DNA of 35,103 nucleotides from Alphaproteobacteria bacterium (GTDB lineage Bacteria; Pseudomonadota; Alphaproteobacteria; UBA8317): positions 1 to 35,103 of the forward strand of contig JAYPQH010000016.1 in assembly GCA_038131935.1 (NCBI GenBank), written 5' to 3'. Shown here piece by piece: positions 1-10,830 of this stretch (positions are counted from its first letter, which is position 1; each line of letters begins with the position of its first letter). The notes under the pieces were generated by a model. The model was not told the origin of the DNA. It did not search any database and was given only the letters and a program-made list of their open reading frames with translations. A program made the translations under genes and the position numbers.

Positions 1-921
1 ATGTCGAATAATGGTGATCAACTTTTAAGGCGTATGGCATTAAAACCCAATTGGCCTATTATTGATGACCAACAGTTAGCCCGTGCCGGCTTAACCTATG
101 CCCAAATCCAGCGGCTTCGTGGGCTAACCCAATTGTCTCAAAGCCCAGATGCCGTTCCCATTTATCAACCTGATCCTTATGGAGACTGGACCCTTAAAAT
201 AGATCAGTTCATGGAAACACAGAATGATTTTGGCGCCCAACTTATAAAGGTTATTTTACAAGAATTTACCCAACAAATAGGTGTCCAGGGCTTTATTGGC
301 CGGGCAACGCACACGGGATTATTGATCATTAATTTGTCATCTCAATGGTTGAAGGGCGTGCATTTATCACAGTGGATTCAGAGATTTGGGTTAAGCTCGA
401 TGAGTCCATTCATGGGTTCTGCTGCTGTAAAATGGCTAGAACCACAAGAGCGTACAGATATTGGCGCGATGCTAAGTCTCATGTTGCCAGAAAAATCATG
501 GGCTCTAGCGTTGCTGATTTTTGGTGCGTTCCTGGCTTTTGCTATACCCATTGCCCTACAAACAGTTTGGGCGTTTCTTACATTAACGATGTTTTTGGGA
601 TTTGTATCACTTTGTTTGTTGTTGCCTATGTTGCCGTTAAGCAAAAGAGTTTTGGATCAAGCGATGTTGATATCAGTGACCATTTTATTGGCACCGTTAG
701 CGATGCTGCTGTTTGTGGATATGCTGGAGGGTATATCTTGGTTTTTGGATATGGCTATCCTTGAACCATTGACGCAAATATTGCCACTTGCTGCAAATCC
801 TGTGGCTATGGTGTCTCTTCTCGTGATGATTTTTCTGGCACAAATGCGTTTGTTGTTATGGATGATACATAGATTGCGGGAGACTTCTATTTTTTGGTGG
901 AGACAAACACATGTCTTTTAA
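1..921 (+). CDS. Membrane protein with a hydrophobic C-terminal half resembling the DotA/TraY-family C-terminal region; may be 5'-truncated or a fragment
   Basis: 306-aa ORF with about 4 hydrophobic segments in the C-terminal half. The pattern GAFLAFAIP-(25 aa)-P ... AMLISVTILLAPLAM ... MIHRLRETSIFW matches the spacing I recall for DotA/TraY (GxxxAYYxP...AAP...A-x2-I-x-V-x3-L-R-P-x2-M...I-x2-L-P-x5-W). The ORF begins at the window edge. CDS is confident; the family call is tentative. Confidence 0.45.
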   Translation: MSNNGDQLLRRMALKPNWPIIDDQQLARAGLTYAQIQRLRGLTQLSQSPDAVPIYQPDPYGDWTLKIDQFMETQNDFGAQLIKVILQEFTQQIGVQGFIGRATHTGLLIINLSSQWLKGVHLSQWIQRFGLSSMSPFMGSAAVKWLEPQERTDIGAMLSLMLPEKSWALALLIFGAFLAFAIPIALQTVWAFLTLTMFLGFVSLCLLLPMLPLSKRVLDQAMLISVTILLAPLAMLLFVDMLEGISWFLDMAILEPLTQILPLAANPVAMVSLLVMIFLAQMRLLLWMIHRLRETSIFWWRQTHVF

Positions 922-1057
922 CCATCTTTAATCAACAAAGTGATGCGCTGCATCCATCTGTCATGCATTCTTTTCAAATTTAAATGCATATGATCATGCC
1001 GCCCATTGTTTTATCAAAAATGACCAGCTCGTGACATCTGTTTTGCCAAAAAGCAAA

Positions 1058-2313
1058 TCATGAAGAATTTCTTCCCGCTGTTTCTAACATGGCATGGAGC
1101 AAGACATTGCAACCTTCTTCAAGATCCTTTGGGTCCGCATTTTCAATTTCATTGTGGCTAATACCACCTTCACATGGCGTGAAAATCATGGCCGTGGGTA
1201 CTTTGTTGGAAACATAAACAGCATCATGACCGGCGCCAGAAATAATATCTTGATGTGCATATTGAAAATGCTCAGCAGCGTTTTTCACACTTTGTACAAG
1301 TTTTTTATCGAAGGGTGTTGGGGGAAAATACCAAAAATCTTTTACATTGATCTCAAGTTGTGTTTCCTCAGCCCATGTTTTGCAAAAGGCTTTTAAGGCA
1401 GCATCCATTTCGGTTAGTCGATCGTCATCAGGATGCCGAAAATCAACCGTCAGAAAGACGTGACCGGGAATGACATTTCGTGAATTTGGATGAGACTCGA
1501 TCACCCCACATGTTGCGCATGCATTTGGTTGAAATGCATGTCCAATTCGGTTGACTTCTTGTATGACTCCAGCAGCACCAACAAGCGCATCTTTGCGAAC
1601 ATTCATCGGCGTCGGACCAGCATGCGCCTCCATTCCTGTGATATTGATCTCATACCAACGCTGACCTTGGGCACCTTTAACGATACCAATTGGTAGGCCA
1701 GCAGCCTCAAGTATTGGACCTTGCTCAATATGGGCTTCAAAATAAGCTTCCATTTCATGCTTGGTAACATCCTCAGGACCATCATAGCCAATTCTGGCCA
1801 ATTCATCGCCAAAACGCTTATTGTCCTGGTCTGTCTTGTTTAGGATATCTTGCAGATCAAATGCACCACCAAATACGCCAGATCCCATCATGGCTGGTGA
1901 GAAACGACTTCCCTCTTCTTCATTTGTCCACACAATAACCTCAATAGGTGCCTGTGTGGAGATATTTTGTTCATTAAGGGTGCGGATCACTTGAGACCTG
2001 CCAGCACGCCGTATGCGCCATCAAATTTACCACCCGTTGGTTGCGTGTCTAAATGACTGCCCGTGCTGACCGCTTTCCGATGAGGATCGGTGCCTTCACG
2101 TCGGGCAAAGATATTCCCAACTTGGTCTACCCTTATATTAAGGCCTTCCTCTCGGCACCACGCACAAAAAAGATCGCGGGATACTTTGTCTAGATCCGTG
2201 AGTGTAAGCCGGCACACGCCACCTTTTGGTGTTGCACCTATTTCTGCCATCTCCATAAGGCTTTCCCAAAGCCGGGTTCCATTTACATGTGGTTGGTTAT
2301 GTTTGGCATCCAT
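1058..2313 (-). CDS. Zn-dependent M20 amidohydrolase (beta-ureidopropionase / N-carbamoyl-L-amino acid hydrolase type); frameshift near 1990
   Basis: Motifs GSHLDTQPTGGKFDG, WTNE(E)EGSRF, EAHIEQGP, SGAGHDA, GGISHNEIE. Two ORFs join as GVLAGL|EVIRTL if one G is restored near 1992. ATG at 2313 has a GGGAGA RBS. Confidence 0.9.
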
Positions 2314-2427
2314 AAAGTCATCTCCCATCTTAGCTCTGTGCTGATGTTGACGGAAAATGTTACAAAGGTGAAGGGCACAAAGGACGCATGGAAATTCATT
2401 CAAAAAATCAATTGAGGAGATCCTGGC

Positions 2428-2927
2428 ATGAGAAATCTAATATATGCTGAAGCTCACAACGAGCTTTTGGACCTAAAAACGACACTCAAAATGTCCGGAC
2501 TAGAATTTATGACAGGTGTGTTGACGGGAAAAATTCCAGCCCCCCCAATAGGTAGAACGCTTAATTTCGGTCTCTGGTCGGTTGAGGATGGACGGGTCGT
2601 TTTTCGTGGTGCACCGTTGTTTGAACATTGCAATCCTTTGGGGACCGTGCATGGAGGTTGGTATGGTACCTTGTTGATAGCTGTATGGCCTGCAGCGTGA
2701 TGACAAAAGTACCATTGGGAAGTGTGTACACAACGCTCGAATTCAAAGTGAATATCATACGCCCCATTCCTTTAGATATGATGGTTGAGGCAGTGGGGGT
2801 AACGGACCATGTCGGCCGTTCCACAGGCGTATCTCACGGGGTCATTCGCGGTGTTGATGACAACCGAATTTATGCAACAGGTTCCACAACTTGCATCATT
2901 ATGAAGATGGAAGATAAACCGACATGA
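2428..2927 (+). CDS. PaaI-family (hotdog-fold) thioesterase; frameshift near 2675
   Basis: Motifs NPLGTVHGGW and TLEFKVNIIRP. TLL|DSCMACSV is restored by adding one G. GAGGAG RBS upstream. Confidence 0.88.
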
Positions 2928-3041
2928 TGTGCTTTAAAAAAGCTATTGGGTTCAGAGCATGCTTGATGAGATCTGTCTTGCTTTTTTTTCCCAACAAAGA
3001 TCTGTTGACGGCATGTTCAATAAATGGCTGGGGTATGGGGC

Positions 3042-5350
3042 ATGACACGATATCTGACGAGCACGCATTGGGGTGCCTATTGGGTAGAAACAGATAAGGG
3101 TACAGTTTCACGCATCACGGCTTTTGATGAGGATATAGACCCATCTCCAATTGGACCGGGCATGCGTGATACATTCACGGATGATTTGCGCATACGACGT
3201 CCAGCGGTTCGCGCACGCTATCTCGCCGAAGGCCCACATGCTCAACATACCCGTCGTGGTGATGACGAATTTGTAGAGGTAAGTTGGGAGACAGCACTAA
3301 GGTTGGTTGCCGATGAATTAAACCGTGTCCGTCAAAACTTTGGCAATCAAGCCATTTTTGGTGGGTCTTATGGTTGGGCTAGTGCAGGGCGGTTTCACCA
3401 TGCCCAATCCCAACTGCATAGATTTCTCAACTCAGTGGGTGGTTATACGCGTTCAAAAAATACATATTCTTTTGCAGCGGCAGAAGTCATGATGCCACAT
3501 GTTTTGGGTGGTTTTCGTGAATTTCTATATCCTGGTAGTTTCTGGCAAGGAATTACAGAACATGCCGATATTGTACTCGCATTTGGTGGAATACCTCTAA
3601 AGAATGGTCAAATTGCACAAGGTGGGACGGGCAGGCATCGGCAGAAAGAGGCCCTTCAGCAAGCGCTCTCTCGAGGCGTTCAATTCATCAATGTTTCCCT
3701 TTGGCAGAGGATATTCCAGCTCACGATAAGGTCTCTTGGTTACCGATTAGACCTGGGACGGATACTGCAATGATCCTAGCTCTATGTGAAGATCTCATTC
3801 GCCATGGAAATCATGATCAAGAATTTTTGAATAAATATTGTGTTGGCTCTGATGCACTCATCGCTTACATCTTGGGTGAAACTGATGGCCAGGTAAAAAA
3901 TGCGGCTTGGGCTGCAGATATATGCGGTGTGGATGAGAATGATATCAAAAACTTAGCACGTCAGTTGGTTGGTCAAAACGTCATGATTTCAGCAAGCTGG
4001 TCATTAACGCGGCAAGAACATGGGGAACAGCCATTCTGGGCTGCAATCGCCTTAGCATCGATGATAGGACAAATTGGGAGGCCTGGTTGCGGTATTTCTT
4101 TGGGTTTAAGCGCAACCAATGCTGTCGGCCTTGAGTTCGCTCCAGTTGCCATACAAGCATTGCCGCAAGGGTCTAACCCTGTGACTGACTTTATTCCTGT
4201 CGCACGCATTAGTGATATGTTGCTTAATCCAGGGGATTCATTTGCTTATAATGGGTCGGAATATCGTTATCCTGACATTAAATTAATGTATTGGGCAGGT
4301 GGTAATCCATTTCACCATCATCAAGATTTGGCACGTATGCAGAAGGCATGGGACCATCCTGAGACCATTATTGTGCATGAATGGTGTTGGAATGCTTCTG
4401 CTCGGCACGCAGATATTGTTCTGCCTGTTACAACATTTTTGGAGCGTGATGATATCGCCATCACACCCCGAGATCCTTACATCTTGTTGATGGATAAAGT
4501 GATGGAGCCTGTTGGTGAGGCTCAAGATGACTTTACGATTTTTTCACAGATCGCTGAATTGATGGGCTGTCATAAACATTTTACTGAAGGGCGCACAGAA
4601 AAAGACTGGATTCGCTGGATCTATGATCAAAGTCGTTCGCGATCCGCAGATATAGGCGTAGATATGCCCGACTTTGAAGTTTTGGAAAAAAACAGATGGA
4701 TTAAAATCTCACATGCCCAGGATTACACACAATCAAACCTGCATGCCTTTCGAGAAAACCCAAAAGGTTCAGCCTTGAACACCCCCTCGGGACGAATAGA
4801 GTTGTTTTCTCAGCAAGTTCATAATTTTGGGCTGGTAGATTGTCTTGGTCACCCCAGCTGGTTGACGCCAAGAGAGTGGTTGGGGAGTCCAGATCTGCAG
4901 GACCAATTACATTTGATATCTCACCAGCCTAAAGGAAAACTTCACTCTCAGTTTGATCATGGTGCGTATTCAAAAAGTTTTAAAAAATTTGGTCGAGAAG
5001 TTGTACTGATTCATCCTGATGACGCCACTGACCGTGGTATCAAAGATGATGATTATGTTTTGTTGCACAACCAGCGTGGTCAATGTCTTGCGGTTGCACA
5101 ATCTAGCAAGAACGTTCGTCGTGGGGTTTTGGTCATGGCAACGGGAGCTTGGTTTGACCCTTGGTTTGCTGAGGGTCAGGTGGTTGGATGTACACATGGA
5201 AATCCTAATATTTTGACCCAGGATATTGGCACATCTTCATTGGCCCAAGGACCAAGCGCACAATCTTGTTTGGTTCGTATTGAAGTATTTAATGGGGTTT
5301 GCCCACCGGTTCAGGTTTTTGAAAAACCAAAGCTGCGCCAAAGCTTATGA
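3042..5350 (+). CDS. bisC: Bis-MGD molybdoenzyme of the DMSO reductase family, BisC-like cytoplasmic S/N-oxide reductase; frameshift near 3698
   Basis: THWG start motif, GGSYGWASAGRFHHAQ, Mo-ligand Ser region TYSFAAA, YWAGGNPFHHHQD, C-terminal LHSQ and HGNPN...SSLAQG. No twin-arginine signal. NVS|PLAED is restored by one C in a C-run. Confidence 0.85.
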
Positions 5351-6007
5351 CAGATTCTGGTTTAGCTCAGCAAAATTATTCAAGAGTTGATGGGGCTCAT
5401 TAATATTCAAAAATAGATTTGTTTTGTTGTCTGAAGGAAATGTGCATTTCAGATGTCCTACATGCTCAAGAAAACCCCGTAAACTACCATTCCGTTCAGG
5501 GCTATCGAGGTACTTTTGGAGAACAGGATGCAATGATGTTGGCCATATGGCGATGGTAGGTTGAATATGATCTCCATGGTAGGCCACAATTGGTAGGGAA
5601 ACATTATGGCTCGCCATACCTGTTAGTTTGGGGATCAAATCTTTGGGTAGTTGTGGGCAGTCACAAGGTACTGTGATAAGATATGTTTTATCTTGTAAGC
5701 GACCCATGGCTGAAAGAAGTCCTGCTGCAGGCCCTCTTCTGTCTGGAAAACAATCTGGAATCAAAAGATTTTTTGGATAATATGTCTCCCAGGTTTGATC
5801 GATCTGATGTACGCTCAGATAGATGATCATGTTCGTAGACAGTCTCTCTATAACATGCTGAAACAAGGCTTTATTTTGCACGGAGACGAGCGCTTTCGGT
5901 GTCGTGACACCTTTGGCCTTAAACCGCATGGAATTTCCACCAGCTAAAATAACGATCGCAGATATATCTAAGGGTGAACCAACCACATCAGGTTCACAAT
6001 TTTTCAA
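5345..6007 (-). CDS. mobA: Molybdenum cofactor guanylyltransferase
   Basis: Motifs ILAGGxSxR, K(A)L, GPAAG, PCDCP and NIN(E)P. Convergent with the molybdoenzyme. Start codon uncertain. Confidence 0.85.
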   Translation of the reverse strand: MKNCEPDVVGSPLDISAIVILAGGNSMRFKAKGVTTPKALVSVQNKALFQHVIERLSTNMIIYLSVHQIDQTWETYYPKNLLIPDCFPDRRGPAAGLLSAMGRLQDKTYLITVPCDCPQLPKDLIPKLTGMASHNVSLPIVAYHGDHIQPTIAIWPTSLHPVLQKYLDSPERNGSLRGFLEHVGHLKCTFPSDNKTNLFLNINEPHQLLNNFAELNQNLS

Positions 6008-7136
6008 GCGCTAAGTCGATACAACCCAATAGTCCCTTTACCATATGCGCGTTGACGTGACCCATATGTCCAATACGAAAATAACCGTCAGCTTCGGGCG
6101 TTCCAGGTTCAGCCATGCCTAGCCCAATCCCAAGGGTAACGCCATAATCTTGCTCGCATATGCGTCTCAATTTCGTGGCCAAGGGGGTATCCATGGATAC
6201 CGCTGTTACAGAATGTGATCGATGATGAGGGTCTTGAATGTTCATTCTCATGGATGTCTTCATCGACCAAATATCTATTTGGTCCCATATCATTTTGCTT
6301 AAAACAGCATGACGATTCCAAACTTGTGGTAAGCCTTCCTCTAAAATTATGTTGAGGGCTTCACGGAGTCCAAACAAATGATGTGTAGGGGCTGTGCCGT
6401 AAAAGAATTCATAAAATTGTGACGGGCGTGCCCTTGGAGCCCAGTCCCAGTAGGGTGTTTTTAGGTTGGATCTTTTATGTGCGTCATCAGCTCTCTCAGA
6501 AAACCAGACAAAACCAAGGCCAGGTGGTGTCATAAGCCCTTTTTGTGAACCAGCGATAACAATATCTATGTTCCAATCATCCATTTCTAAACGATCGCAT
6601 CCCAAACTTGCCATGGCATCTACCATGAGAAGTGCTGGATGATTTTGTTCTTTTAAAATTTTCCCAATTGATTGAACATCATTGCGGACGGATGTGGCTG
6701 TATCTGTTTGGCAAACCAAAACAGCCTTATAACTGTGTGTTTTGTCACCAGCGATCTTTTCCGCAAACATATCTAAATCTACGGGATTATGTAGACCAAA
6801 ATCCATAATATCTGTTTTGATGCCTAAAGCTCTGGCTACTTCACCCCAAATACGTCCGAAACGGCCGGTTACCAAAACCAAGATCTGATCATCACGTGAC
6901 AAGGTATTGGCAAGACAAGCTTCCCACGTCCCGTGACCATTACAGATATACATCGCAACAGAATGTCTGGTACAGGCAATTTGTTTCAGATCCGGGATAA
7001 GCGTTTCCACCAGATTATGAAGTTTTCCTTCGTAAATATTGGGGGCTGGTTGATGCATCGCTTGCAATACCCGATCAGGCATCACGGATGGACCAGGGAT
7101 CGCAAGATAATGGCGGCCATTTGCTAAATTTGTCAT
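5994..7136 (-). CDS. PLP-dependent class V aminotransferase (serine/alanine-glyoxylate aminotransferase type)
   Basis: Motifs LAIPGPSVMP, DAMASLG, PLP-Lys motif GSQKGLMTPPG and FRIGHMG. Start placed at MTNLANGRHY (7136). Confidence 0.9.
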   Translation of the reverse strand: MTNLANGRHYLAIPGPSVMPDRVLQAMHQPAPNIYEGKLHNLVETLIPDLKQIACTRHSVAMYICNGHGTWEACLANTLSRDDQILVLVTGRFGRIWGEVARALGIKTDIMDFGLHNPVDLDMFAEKIAGDKTHSYKAVLVCQTDTATSVRNDVQSIGKILKEQNHPALLMVDAMASLGCDRLEMDDWNIDIVIAGSQKGLMTPPGLGFVWFSERADDAHKRSNLKTPYWDWAPRARPSQFYEFFYGTAPTHHLFGLREALNIILEEGLPQVWNRHAVLSKMIWDQIDIWSMKTSMRMNIQDPHHRSHSVTAVSMDTPLATKLRRICEQDYGVTLGIGLGMAEPGTPEADGYFRIGHMGHVNAHMVKGLLGCIDLALEKL

Positions 7137-7203
7137 CGAAAAATCTCTCAACGCTATGTTGCTTGTCATGTAACGACTTATTGGATGGTGATCAAATAAT
7201 TCG

Positions 7204-8417
7204 TCATGCATGTGATAATTTAGATGAAGGTCTTCCATTGAAGAAAACGATCATAATGATGGCAATATTGAGGATATTCCAGGCAATTCCATTAACAAAA
7301 GCCAATTGGTAAGATTGGGTCATGTCATAGATCCAACCTGACATCCATCCCCCAAGTGCCATGCCCCAAATTGTTGCCATGACAACAAACCCAATACGCT
7401 GTCCCGCTTCATTGGCTGGCAGATATTCACGTATGACCAAAGCATAACTTGGTACGATGCCACCTTGTGACAAACCGAATATAAGACTCACAACATAGAG
7501 CGGAACCAAGCCATCAAAGGGTAAGTAAATGAAGAGGGCAAGACATTGTAAAATGGCGCCAAGCATTAAGGTCGCCATACCACCAATTTTGTCAGCCAAC
7601 ATACCTGAACCAATCCGCGAAAATACACCTCCCAGTAGCATTAACGAGAGCATTTCTGCGCCAACGGCTGGACCATAACCCAAGTCGACACAATAGGCGA
7701 CAATATGGACTTGTGGCATCGACATCGCAACACAGCAGCCCACGCCTGCAATGGCCAACAAATATTGTAATGTTGATGGTGAAAAGGATGTTTTGTGGCT
7801 CTCTTGTATCTTCGTAGAAACAACGGCATTTGTCGTTGGCATGGATGGACCCATGACATAAGCCAAAGGAATAACGATAACAGGTACAAAAAATAAAAGG
7901 TAATGATAGACTTCTCTCCACCCTTCTTGACTGGCGATATCGTTCAAAAGAATAGGCCAAACTGCCCCTGATAAATAATTACCACTGGCCACAAGTGCCA
8001 CCGCAATTCCCCTACGTCGAAAAAACCAATGAGAAATATCAGCCATAAGTGGAGAGAAGCTTGCACCTGTACCTATGCCAATAATCAATTGGATGGCAGA
8101 GAAGGCCCAAATATTGGGTGCAATGGTGCATAAAAAGTAACCCGAGCAAAGCATTCCACAGGCAAGCAGAAGCACCTTAAAAATGCCAAGTTTATCAGCC
8201 AGTTTGCCAAGGTAAAAATTTCCCAATGCAAAACCAATCATGGTTAAGGTGTAAGGAAGGGAGGCATCAGCTCGGTCTACATTGAATTCTTGTTGTACAT
8301 CAGGAAGGATGACAATGATTGCCCACATACCAATGTTTCCAACAACGCCAATGGTTAAGGAAAAATGGCCAAACGTACCCATGCAGCTCGGCTATCAACA
8401 AGTGGAGATGATGTCAT
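7204..8417 (-). CDS. MFS transporter; frameshift near 8362
   Basis: About 12 hydrophobic segments with motif A twice (GKLADKLG; GMLADKIG). The N-terminus MTSSPLVDSRAAWVRLAI lies in another frame and joins at a T-run near 8361-8365. Confidence 0.88.
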
Positions 8418-8516
8418 ATCCTTGTCCTAAAAAGGAATGAGTTCATGAGGGATCAGCAGATCATAAAGGCGCTCAGCTGACAATCCTATAACATGCCTCG
8501 AACAGCTTAAGATGTA

Positions 8517-8753
8517 TTATTCTTTGACGGAGATATCCACATCATCTGGAATAGCTTCTCGTGTTACCAATTCATCACGTTTTGTTGTACGCAAAATAAT
8601 CACAATGGAAGCAATAGTGTAGAGCACAACAACCAAGACAAAAATATCGAACTAGACCACGTGAAAGTAATTCAAACCTGCAAGCACAGCTGGTGGAATC
8701 ATCGCGAGAAGAACCAGCCAGTGAACCAACTTTCCTAAAAATATTTTATTCAT
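8517..8753 (-). CDS. Small two-TM membrane protein (78 codons) coupled to the TRAP permease; in-frame TAG at 8652-8654
   Basis: Manual translation: MNKIFLGKLVHWLVLLAMIPPAVLAGLNYFHVV*FDIFVLVVVLYTIASIVIILRTTKRDELVTREAIPDDVDISVKE. Its ATG overlaps the permease TGA (ATGA). Not in the ORF track. Confidence 0.7.
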
Positions 8754-10758
8754 GGTGACACCCATTGTTTCGTGGATTGGTATCTTAGTTGTATAAAACC
8801 TAAAGCTCCAATGACGCCCACGATGTTATAACCGTAACCTGGTAAACCGAACATCTCAATTACTGGTGGTATCAATAAGAAAATTGCTGAGACAAGGAAT
8901 CCAAGGCGGACCATGGGATCGAGCTTTCCACGATACCAACCCTCCATGGCGATAGATAGAATCCATAAACCAGATAATGCCAAAATCGTAGATATGACGG
9001 TAAGCCACAGGGGACCAATAAAGAGTAAGGAAGGATTGTAAACAAAAATCAAGGGCGCGAGATATTTGGTAATACCAACACGGGTTGATTCAAATGCTGT
9101 GGCCATGGGTGGCGTTTTGGAAATAGCTGCCGCAGCAAATGACGCCAATGCCACGGGTGGTGTAATGGTGGATACAACACCAAAATAAAAGGCAAACATA
9201 TGCGCAGCCATGGGCTCAACGCCCGCCTTGATGACGGCTGGGACAATCAAAGCCGCCACCGTAATATAGACCGCCGTGGTGGTAATCCCCATGCCCAAAA
9301 TAATGGCCGCAACACCTGTGAGCGCAAGCAGCAATAGAAGATTTCCATCTGCGATGTTGATGACTGATTGGGTAAATTTAAGTCCCAGCCCAGATACAAA
9401 CACTGCACCAATGATCAGGCCTGCACAAGCACAGGCGATGGATACGGGAACCGTTGCTTTGATACCACTCTCAAGAGCTGCAAATATATCAACAGCACTC
9501 ATTCGTGTTGTGGGTGATAGGAAAGATAGTCCTATTAATGCCAAAATTCCAAAGAATGCTGACTTCATAGGGGTGTATCCATAGAGAAGAAGGCCGACCA
9601 ATACCGCCAAGGCAATCAAGAGATACCAACCGTTTTTCAAGACCTCAACAGTGTTGGGAAGATGCTCTTTGGGAATGCGAGCAACATTATGCTTCTCGGC
9701 TTCCAAATGTACCATGAAGTAAATGGTCACAAAGTAAAGTAGTGCGGGAATAAAAGCTGCAATGATGACGTCAACATAAGGAACGCCCATGAATTCCGCA
9801 ATAATGAAAGCCGCGGCACCCATGATGGGTGGTGTAATTTGACCCCCTGAGGAGGCGCAAGCTTCTACCGCTGCAGCAAATTTAGGTCTGTAGCCAACCT
9901 TTTTCATCATAGGAATGGTAAAGGAACCTGTTGTTACCACATTTGCAACTGCCGAACCGGACACCGTTCCCATGAAGCCTGAGGCAACGGCAGCCGCTTT
10001 AGCTGGGCCCCCAATCCTATGACCTGTCAAAGATACCGCCAAATGAATGAAAAACCGACCAGCATTAGAACGAATTAACAAGGCACCAAAAATAATAAAA
10101 AGTGCGATATAGGTGGCGCAGACATAAAGAGGAATGCCAAAAAGTCCATCAGAACTCATAAATAATGTGTCGATAAATTTGCCAATACGAACTGGTGGCC
10201 CGTAAAAAATACCTATGAAGTAATGCGCATATAGTGCGTGGAATATAAAAATCCTGTGATGATAACCATCGCCCATCCAACGACGCGTCTTGTGGCTTCA
10301 AGCACGGCCAAAATGAGTAACCCGCCAAGAAGCATATCATCTGGATCTTTGTTGCCGTAACGGAGGTGGAAGGCTTCGATATCCCATAACGTCCACGCTT
10401 GCACAAAGATCACAAGGGCGATGAGAAGGAGATCGACACCAAAGCCACATTTTGCTTTGAAGCTGTCTAAAGGTGCGGTGATAGATGACCGACCCAAGGG
10501 TGTACCAAGATAAGCCAGAATAAGCATCCCAGAGAGATGTATGGAACGAAAGGATCGACCTTCTGGTGTTCCAAAGGCTGCGACGTAAATATGGTAAATG
10601 GCGAGGCTGATACCAATTGTTGCGCACACCATTAACAAAATATTTGCAAATGATAAATTTCTATCAGATATCAGCAACCGTTCAAAAAAACCAACATCGC
10701 GCGGTTCTTCTGCCATGATCATATTTTTTGGGTCTTCACTAGGGGATATTTCAGCCAT
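8750..10758 (-). CDS. TAXI-type TRAP transporter, fused 4TM/12TM permease; frameshift near 10248
   Basis: Motifs LEATRR, GGPAKAAAVAS, SGSAVANVVTTG, GGQITPPIMGAAAF, TITPPVALASFAAA. ITGF|FIFHALYA is restored by one T. Confidence 0.93.
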
Positions 10759-10775
10759 TGCATCACCACCAATAT

Positions 10776-10803
10776 GGGCGGTCTTTTGCATAAAAGACCG
10801 CCC
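10776..10803 (-). other. Intercistronic stem-loop between the TRAP SBP and permease genes (mRNA stabiliser or partial terminator)
   Basis: Perfect 12-bp stem GGGCGGTCTTTT-gcat-AAAAGACCGCCC. No U-tract follows on the minus strand. Confidence 0.7.
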
Positions 10804-10830
10804 CTAAAACAAACACGAAATGAGGTTTGA

